Shown: positions 9,433 through 15,389 of the stretch, piece after piece
Layout of the letters: the number at the start of each line of letters is the position of its first letter
Position numbering within the stretch: the stretch's first letter is position 1
DNA from: Macrostomum lignano
Lineage: Eukaryota
Assembly: GCA_002269645.1 (NCBI GenBank)
Contig: NIVC01005257.1
Coordinates: 1 to 15,389 of the forward strand
Length of the DNA: 15,389 bases
Direction: 5' to 3'
Made by a program: the position numbers and the translations under genes
The notes under the pieces: model-generated
What the model saw: only the letters and a program-made list of their open reading frames with translations
The model's database searches: none
What the model was told of the DNA's origin: nothing

Positions 9433-9839
9433 TCAGCAGTTGGGAAGCCGCAGAAATAGCTCCAAGAGCAGTAGCCAGTGCATTGTGAGACCGGCTATTA
9501 GGGCCGTCGACAGCACGACCAAATGCCAGGAGCCGTCGGTCTCCACCACAGGGGTTGGCAAGGGCTGTGGAGCGGCAGCCACGGGCGTCACCGCGGCGAC
9601 CGGCGGCGGAGCGTGCGCTCGGGCTGACAACGGCGGTGGTACCGGATGCCAACCGGCCCCGGACGCTGGTTCGCTGGCGGCCCGGCGGTCGCATGGCCCG
9701 GGAGCCGCGGCGCCTATGCCACCAGATGGCGCAGCCGGCCCAGAATCAGAGGGGGCGTCCGGCTCTGAATGGCTGTCTTCGGGCGCTTCGTAGTCGGACT
9801 CCTCTTCAAGGATGGGCTCGGCTACTAGCGGCCGGAATC
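9433..9839 (-). CDS. Putative terminal coding exon of an antisense gene: acidic/Pro-Ala-rich stretch plus hydrophobic C-terminal tail (134 codons, FRPLVAEPILEEESDYEAPED...WHLVVLSTALIAGLTMHWLLLLELFLRLPNC*)
   Basis: Acceptor ttctcattttcag|GA at 9840/9839 with a pyrimidine tract and CTAAT branch-like motif upstream. The frame is closed by an intronic TAG just upstream and stays open to TGA at 9433. Possible ATTAAA poly(A) signal at 9244-9249 on the minus strand. Confidence 0.5.
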
Positions 9840-9930
9840 CTGAAAATGAGAATTTAAGGGATGAAATAGAAGTAGGGAACTAGCCGGGTATTAGGATGTA
9901 GATAGATGGGGATTTTAACTTTATGGCGTG

Positions 9931-10222
9931 TGGTAGTGGCCTTCCTGGGGGTTTCTTCCTTTCTTCATTCCCTCTCCTTCCTTGAGCTCTAGGTGATCAA
10001 GTAGTGGTAGCCTTCTTCCCCGCCTTCTTTTAATGATACACCTCTAAGTGATGGCAGTTTTTCGTCTTCCTCTCCTCTGGTAGAAGGGCAATTGGTGGCA
10101 GTTTTCCCTAGCAACCTCTCTCAAAATGGTGGCTGATCCTCCTTTTCTTTTCTTTGGTAATGCGCCAAGATGGTGGTAGGTTCCCCTTTCTCTTTTATAA
10201 TAGTACATCAAACTGGTGGCAG
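9931..10222 (+). repeat. Array of seven motifs (mostly C/TAA-N1-2-TRRTGGYWG) separated by pyrimidine tracts, ~44-bp period, resembling the LTR-end/PBS junction
   Basis: Cores at 9931, 10002, 10049, 10093, 10127, 10171, 10214. TACATCAAACTGGTGGCAG (10204-10222) matches TACATCAAAATGGTGGCAG (4585-4603) at 18/19. Confidence 0.65.
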
Positions 10223-10558
10223 TCAAATTAATGATTAATTCCTCTTTCGAATTCTTTCGGCTGTTAAGTTTATGAGGGTCTCGGAGGCATGGATGAGAAC
10301 TGCGTGCGCGTGGCGTTGAAGGAAGAAATCGAAGGGAGTTGGGCCGCATCATCATTTATCCTCCGGAGTCTAATCTCCCAAATCCCTCTTCTATTCATAT
10401 TAACCAAATTAATTTGTGTGCCTGATCTGAATGTGTGCATGTGAGGTGGGAGTGCGATCTCTGTCGGCTGGAGTACGGATCTGCCGCGGGCGCGACCGGA
10501 GGTGGTCTCGGGTCTGCCCCCTGCTCACAGGTGAGGAAACAGGAAGCGGCGGAACCAG

Positions 10559-10676
10559 CCAATCAGAGCGCACGGAGACTAGAGCGAGCGGTCCCAAGCC
10601 AACGGCGACCCCGGCCGCAGCAGGTGTGCCTCCCAATGTGCTCAACCAATGGGAAGCCAGCCCCGGCACTATAAGA
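10559..10676 (+). promoter_or_regulatory. Internal Pol II-like promoter for the 449-aa ORF
   Basis: CCAAT at 10559, 10633 and 10646, and TATAAGA at 10670-10676, ~95 nt upstream of the ATG at 10769. Confidence 0.55.
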
Positions 10677-10768
10677 AGACCCACGCCTGCCAGAGCTGGA
10701 AATCATCAATCAGAGAAATCATTCTGTCCTTCAATCGCTGAAGCATTCTATGAACTATCCAGCTTGAC

Positions 10769-12118
10769 ATGGACACGAAGCCTACCATCAATCGAATTCA
10801 GCTATGCTCCAGCTTACCGTCTGAGCGTCCTGCCAGCCCAGTTAGCCGAAAGCGGCCCCGTGACGCCATCCAAGAGGCGGAGGACGGCCCCGAGCCGCCA
10901 GCGGCGGCCTCCGCCAGGGTCGAAGAAGGTGACGAGACAATCGACCCGGCCAATGCTGGGGGCGACACCGCGGACATTTCGGACATGGCGGCCGAATTCG
11001 GCGAGGCGGCCCGCCGCCTGCGTGATGTTCTGCCCAACAGCCGCCGAAGTGTGGACATCGCCCTGCAAAGAGAAGAAGTCGATTGGGGTCAGGTGGCTGG
11101 CGAACCTTCGGCGACAGCTATGGATCTGGTGCACTGGGTCGGGCCTGAGTCCTATCATGGCCCACTCCAGGCCGAGGACAGGCATGCGACTCTAGAGCGC
11201 CAACTTCGCGACAACCTGGACCGGCCCTGTCTGCTCATCCTGTCAAAAGCGGCCCTGCTGGGATTGGTTGACAATACGCTGTTAATGTACATCGAGGCAG
11301 CGGCCCAGAGCGCCTACAAATACGCCCTCGGCGACCTAGTCCGGCAGGCCGCCAAGTTCCTCCGCAAGGTTGTGGATGAGGAACCATCACACCTGACAGC
11401 CCGGCCGCCGTCCTGTGCCCCCATCACAGCAATCTTCAGCACCTGCGATCGGCCGGTCTACAAGAAGGTGATCATCAGCTGCGCAGCCTCCTCTCAGATG
11501 ACTAGACAACTGACACCAACCCAGAGAGCCCGGCTATTGATTGGCCTGGCCAGCTTGGCCAGCCGCTGGGGCATGCTTCCTGCGGACCTGCCAGGGCTGC
11601 TCTGGGGCTTCCTGAGCGAGGGCGCCGAATGGGAAGAGGCTCTCGTCATCCACGACGGCATTCTTGCGGCCTCCGCGCCGGCCTCTGCGCCCCTCCTCTA
11701 TGCGCCGTTTGCCACAGTGGCCTGGGCCGCCACTCTCTCGCAACGGTTCAATCGCCGCTGTGGGTGGGTGTTGGCGGCCCTGGGCGACGTTGAGCCCGGC
11801 TACGCGGGCCTGGCCGAGGTGCCCCGTGGCACTTTGCAGCATTTTGCAATCGCGCAGCCGCCCCTGTCTGCACCAACTCTGACACGGCTGCAACAAGTAC
11901 GGAATGCGGCCTTCGTCGTCCAATGCCAAGCCCTGGGCATCCCGACTCTGCCGCAGTTGAGGGGCGTGCTGCGCAACGACATCTTGCCTAGCCGATGGCA
12001 CCGAGTGGTGCTCACGGCCGCGGCAGCCCAACGTTATGTGGAAGCATGGGCAAGTGCCATGGCTCAGGTGGCGGCATATGGCCCGTACCAGCTAAATCAA
12101 GAGGCCCATTTCGAGTAA
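10769..12118 (+). CDS. Intact 449-aa ORF of unknown function (cargo gene); acidic/disordered N-terminus with an RKRPR NLS-like motif, Ala/Leu-rich helical body
   Basis: Uninterrupted GC-rich 1350-nt ORF with ATG-G start, upstream promoter motifs and an AT-rich 3' region (AATATA then GT-rich sequence near 12270-12290). No motif I recognise. Confidence 0.75.
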   Translation: MDTKPTINRIQLCSSLPSERPASPVSRKRPRDAIQEAEDGPEPPAAASARVEEGDETIDPANAGGDTADISDMAAEFGEAARRLRDVLPNSRRSVDIALQREEVDWGQVAGEPSATAMDLVHWVGPESYHGPLQAEDRHATLERQLRDNLDRPCLLILSKAALLGLVDNTLLMYIEAAAQSAYKYALGDLVRQAAKFLRKVVDEEPSHLTARPPSCAPITAIFSTCDRPVYKKVIISCAASSQMTRQLTPTQRARLLIGLASLASRWGMLPADLPGLLWGFLSEGAEWEEALVIHDGILAASAPASAPLLYAPFATVAWAATLSQRFNRRCGWVLAALGDVEPGYAGLAEVPRGTLQHFAIAQPPLSAPTLTRLQQVRNAAFVVQCQALGIPTLPQLRGVLRNDILPSRWHRVVLTAAAAQRYVEAWASAMAQVAAYGPYQLNQEAHFE

Positions 12119-12459
12119 GGATGCGACTGCCTGCTGAGCGACGTCCGCCGGCCGGTCCGACCCGCCTTTCCGCCCCCTTGCGTTGTGTGTTTGTCGTGTG
12201 TGTGTGTGTGAAATTATCCTATTAATATTCGGTTCTTCCATAATATTCATTTTTAAACTTTAATAACCAATATACGAGTCATTGTTGTGTCATTATTCTA
12301 AAAATTCCTAAAAATGGCTCTGTGTTGGCTGCTCACTACTTTTACCGTAAGAAAGGCCATATATTATTACTGCAATTGGCTCAGTTTAAAACGAAAGGCA
12401 TGGCGAGTGGGTAGATTTCGTTTAACGTATAGGCGAAAGGAAATCAGGTTGGTGATGGG

Positions 12460-12572
12460 ACTTACCGAGTAGTTGTATAGTTTGGAAAATCGCGCTGAGT
12501 GCCTTGGTTGGAAACTGCGACTCCGTGTAGGTTGCAGGCAGCCGGCTCCCGTTATCAGTGGCGCCTTTTATA
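12460..12572 (-). promoter_or_regulatory. Antisense TATA promoter plus short non-coding first exon ending in a consensus splice donor
   Basis: Minus-strand TATAAAAGG (+ strand 12564-12572) in GC-rich context. About 100 nt downstream is CTCG|GTAAGT (donor at 12466/12465), with no ATG in between. Confidence 0.5.
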
Positions 12573-13158
12573 CAGTGGCCAGCGCACGGCGCGGCGCCTC
12601 CCAGCCTACAACCGATCGCCCCGAAGCCCTCTGACTGGCTGAAGCGGGGTCCGAGCCTTCAAGGACGCTAGGCCTCCGTGCGGTTGAACTCCCGGCGAAA
12701 TTAGCTTATTAATTTACTGCGCTGCATTAGTATTTTTCCCCTGTGTAATCGTCATTCTCCCGAGGCTCTGCCCTTGGCTGTGTGCTAGCAACCCTTCCCC
12801 CCTTCTTTTTCCCCACTTCCCTCACCCTTCCCCGTTTCCTCTCTTTCCCAGCTGCGCTTCTATCCAATTATGATAATTTATTGTTGACAATTCGCTATTT
12901 TTCTCCCTACTATTGCGCTGTCTGTGTTTCCCCCCTCCCACTTTAGCCACAGCAACAGTTGAAATTTTTGAAATTCTGTATTGCACTCCAACCTATGTAT
13001 CTCGTTTGTGAATTTATTGCTATCCCCTCTATTTTATCGCCTTTTTCCATTCCCGCTCGCGGTTTGTTAATTCTGTGATTTCACGTTCGGTTGAGATCCC
13101 GCTCCCGTCTGTGTGGTTCCATGTTGGGCAGTGATGATGACGGAACCAGTTCCGTCAC

Positions 13159-13174
13159 AAAAGGCAGTGGGGTG
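13159..13174 (+). other. Polypurine tract-like sequence AAAAGGCAGTGGGGTG abutting the 3' LTR
   Basis: 13 of 16 bases are purines, immediately 5' of TGATGTAACC. Confidence 0.7.
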
Positions 13175-15389
13175 TGATGTAACCACGCTCTGGTCGCGGG
13201 ATAGGGCATGGGAACTTTTTCGAAAGTGCCTCCTATCCCGTGCACCCTCTGCACAGAGCTGTCGAGACTCGGCCAGGTCTCCGACCGGGCCTGGAGACTC
13301 CCGCTCTGCTGCACCCCTCCTGCTGCCTTGGTCCCGTCTCTCCTGCCGCCACACCTGCCTTTCCGGAGCCCCTACCCCTTTCTGTACCTCCCCCTCTACC
13401 CTATCTCTTCTGTTCCCGCCCTATTCTTCCTGTACTTTCTCTACCTCCTCCTTTTTTTGTCTCCCTCTGCACTCTTTTCCTGCGCTGTCCCCTCTTTCCC
13501 TGTGTCTACTTACAGTACTTTGTGTGCTCACCGTCTCCCCATCCCCTCTCAAACTCCCAAACGGTGACGCAAGTCGTGTGACCCCTTCTCCCCCTCGGTG
13601 ACTCATCGATGACTCATCCCCCTCTCTTGCGCAACCTTTTCTCACGCTATTGTTCTCCTTCCCAAATTTCTCATGTGACACCCACCCCACCTCCGCTTCT
13701 ATTGTTCTCGTTTTTGCTTCTTTTGTTCTCTCGACCCCACCAATTATCACATTTTCTCCGATTTTCTCTTTCTTTTGTTCTCGTTTTCGCACCTAATTAT
13801 CACCTTTTCTCCAATGTTTACTTTTCCATTGTTCTCAGTTTTCCCCAATTATCCCCGATTTCCAATTCCTTTGTTCTCGACCCCAGCCCTATTGTTCTCA
13901 ATGTTTGCTTGCGCAACACTTTCGCGACCACCCGCTGCGCCAATTATCCCCCCACCCCACCTCCGGATTGCGCAATTTCCCGATTTCTCATGTTGCTATG
14001 CCGGTCTCATGCTTCTCATCATGACTCATTCTGACGTCATTCTGCCGGCAGCCAATCAGAGAGAGGGAGCCATGGTAACGACCTTGAGGAGGCGGCTGTG
14101 AGGTCTATAAAAGGAAGCGATTTCGGCATGAGAATACTCAACTGAGTTTATCTCTGTTCCTCTCCTCGTCCTTCTTTGGACTTGCTGTCAGATTGAGTTC
14201 TGACCCATTCGTCTATAAGACGAATCCCTGCCGGTCCGCGGTCTGTTACCGCCAAGTTATCCTTAGCTCCCCAAGTGAGCTCGCCTATCGGCCAGCGGTC
14301 TGATACCGCCCAGCATCATCAGCATCGCCTGATCTACATCAGCGCCTCGTCGCTCCAGCGCATCGCCGCTTCACCGTCTGCCTGACTGCAGCCTACAGCC
14401 GCCCTCGGTCACTCCGCCTCTCTCTCTCTCTGTGCAGCTGCCGGTAAGTTCCTGCTACTAATTTGTGCTCTAATTGCCTTTGCTTATCCGGGGTTTGCCT
14501 ATTTTCCATTGTCTGATTAGAGAGCTGAGCCAATTGTGATACCGTATCTTTTGCTGTATTTTACTCAATAGTGAAGCCGCCTAATTGCCTGCTTATTTGC
14601 CTAAGGGCCTAATTATTAACTATTAACTAACTTCATCATTATTCAATCTTTCACCATCATTTCACTCATGGCTTGCTAAGCCTTTCTCCCGGGGTGGCAA
14701 AGCATAAGGAAGTTTGGGTAAGCTAATGGCCTCTCCCCGTGCAAAGCCCGCCTGTGAGTGCGTGCTGCGGGGCCGCGTGTGCGTGCAGTAGAGGGATTAG
14801 CGAGTCTTGGCACAGAATGGCAGTAGGAAGGTTGCAACCCCATGCTAACGCGTCCCTTCGCCCTGAGCAATCTAAACTGTAGACAGTACATGTTCGCCTC
14901 ATACTACTCTTAGTAATCAAAGTCGCAAGTCAGCCTCGCTCACAGCCACAAAGGATCCCCTGCTGAGAAATCCTCCAGGATTGAGCCCAGAGTTCCCGAT
15001 CATGCCCCAAGCAGAGTCCCTGTACTCGGCTGCATGCGTCTCCCCTGTTAGCCTAAATCCCCTGGTAACCAATCCAGGCGGGGCTCTAGCCTCGAGAGGT
15101 CTGGTAGAAAGATCCAGGTGCGCCAGGTCACATAGAGTGGTGGCAGCCACTCGGTCATACATGACCGAGTGACCAACTATTGCACCTTGGCTACAGGTGG
15201 GGTCCATGTGGGTCCTTGGCCCTCTGGTCACGAAGCGCTACCAAAGCTACTAATCATGTGGCGGGACAGTCTGGTGCTGGAGGTCCGTCAGGTCATTGCC
15301 CGGTCATAGGCAGCCTACGGTCATTGCCCCCTCTAGCCATGCGTTCGTCTCTCTACGGAGCGGACAGGCGACAAAGGGCGGTTACATCA
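13175..15389 (+). repeat. 3' LTR (2215 bp)
   Basis: Differs from the 5' LTR by 2 substitutions and 8 single-base indels by my manual comparison; ends GGTTACATCA at the last base of the window. Confidence 0.96.

Larger units (their letters stand above)
2379..15389 (+). mobile_element. Non-autonomous Ty3/gypsy-like LTR retroelement (gag + protease + cargo genes, no recognisable RT/RH/IN), 13,011 bp, intronic and antisense to PLC-beta
   Basis: Two ~2.2-kb direct repeats with TG...CA ends, PBS after the 5' LTR, purine tract before the 3' LTR, gag- and protease-like ORFs on +. The target-site duplication cannot be checked because the window ends at the last LTR base. Confidence 0.93.

Noticed and set aside
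9931-10222. Motif array as a CRISPR or tRNA gene cluster
   Set aside because: The repeats are only ~9-13 nt and degenerate, no cloverleaf is evident, and there are no cas genes. Kept as an unexplained array instead.
10431-12031. ORFs 10431-11195 (+), 10814-11185 (-), 11534-12031 (-) and similar
   Set aside because: Alternative-frame or antisense shadows of the GC-rich promoter and the 449-aa ORF; low-complexity Arg/Pro/Ser composition.
10769-12118. 449-aa ORF as env, RT, integrase or tyrosine recombinase
   Set aside because: No signal peptide or C-terminal TM, no YxDD, HHCC/DDE or RHRY pattern visible.

Overview
Eukaryotic (invertebrate-like) genomic DNA. Bases 1-2378 hold two minus-strand exons of a phospholipase C-beta gene (end of the EF-hand region and start of the catalytic X domain), separated by minisatellite-rich introns. 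Bases 2379-15389 are one apparently very young 13,011-bp LTR element inserted in a PLC intron, antisense to the host gene. It has ~2.2-kb near-identical LTRs with 10-bp terminal inverted repeats, an 18-nt tRNA-Leu primer-binding site (PBS), a weak polypurine tract (PPT), a Ty3/gypsy-type gag, and a -1 frameshift signal leading into an aspartic protease that stops cleanly. I found no RT, RNase H or integrase. Where pol would be, there is a cargo cassette: an intact 449-aa orphan ORF with its own CCAAT/TATA promoter, a putative spliced antisense gene whose intron would contain that ORF, and a quasi-periodic array of seven motifs mimicking the LTR-end/PBS junction. All calls come from reading the sequence by eye; no searches or folding programs were run.
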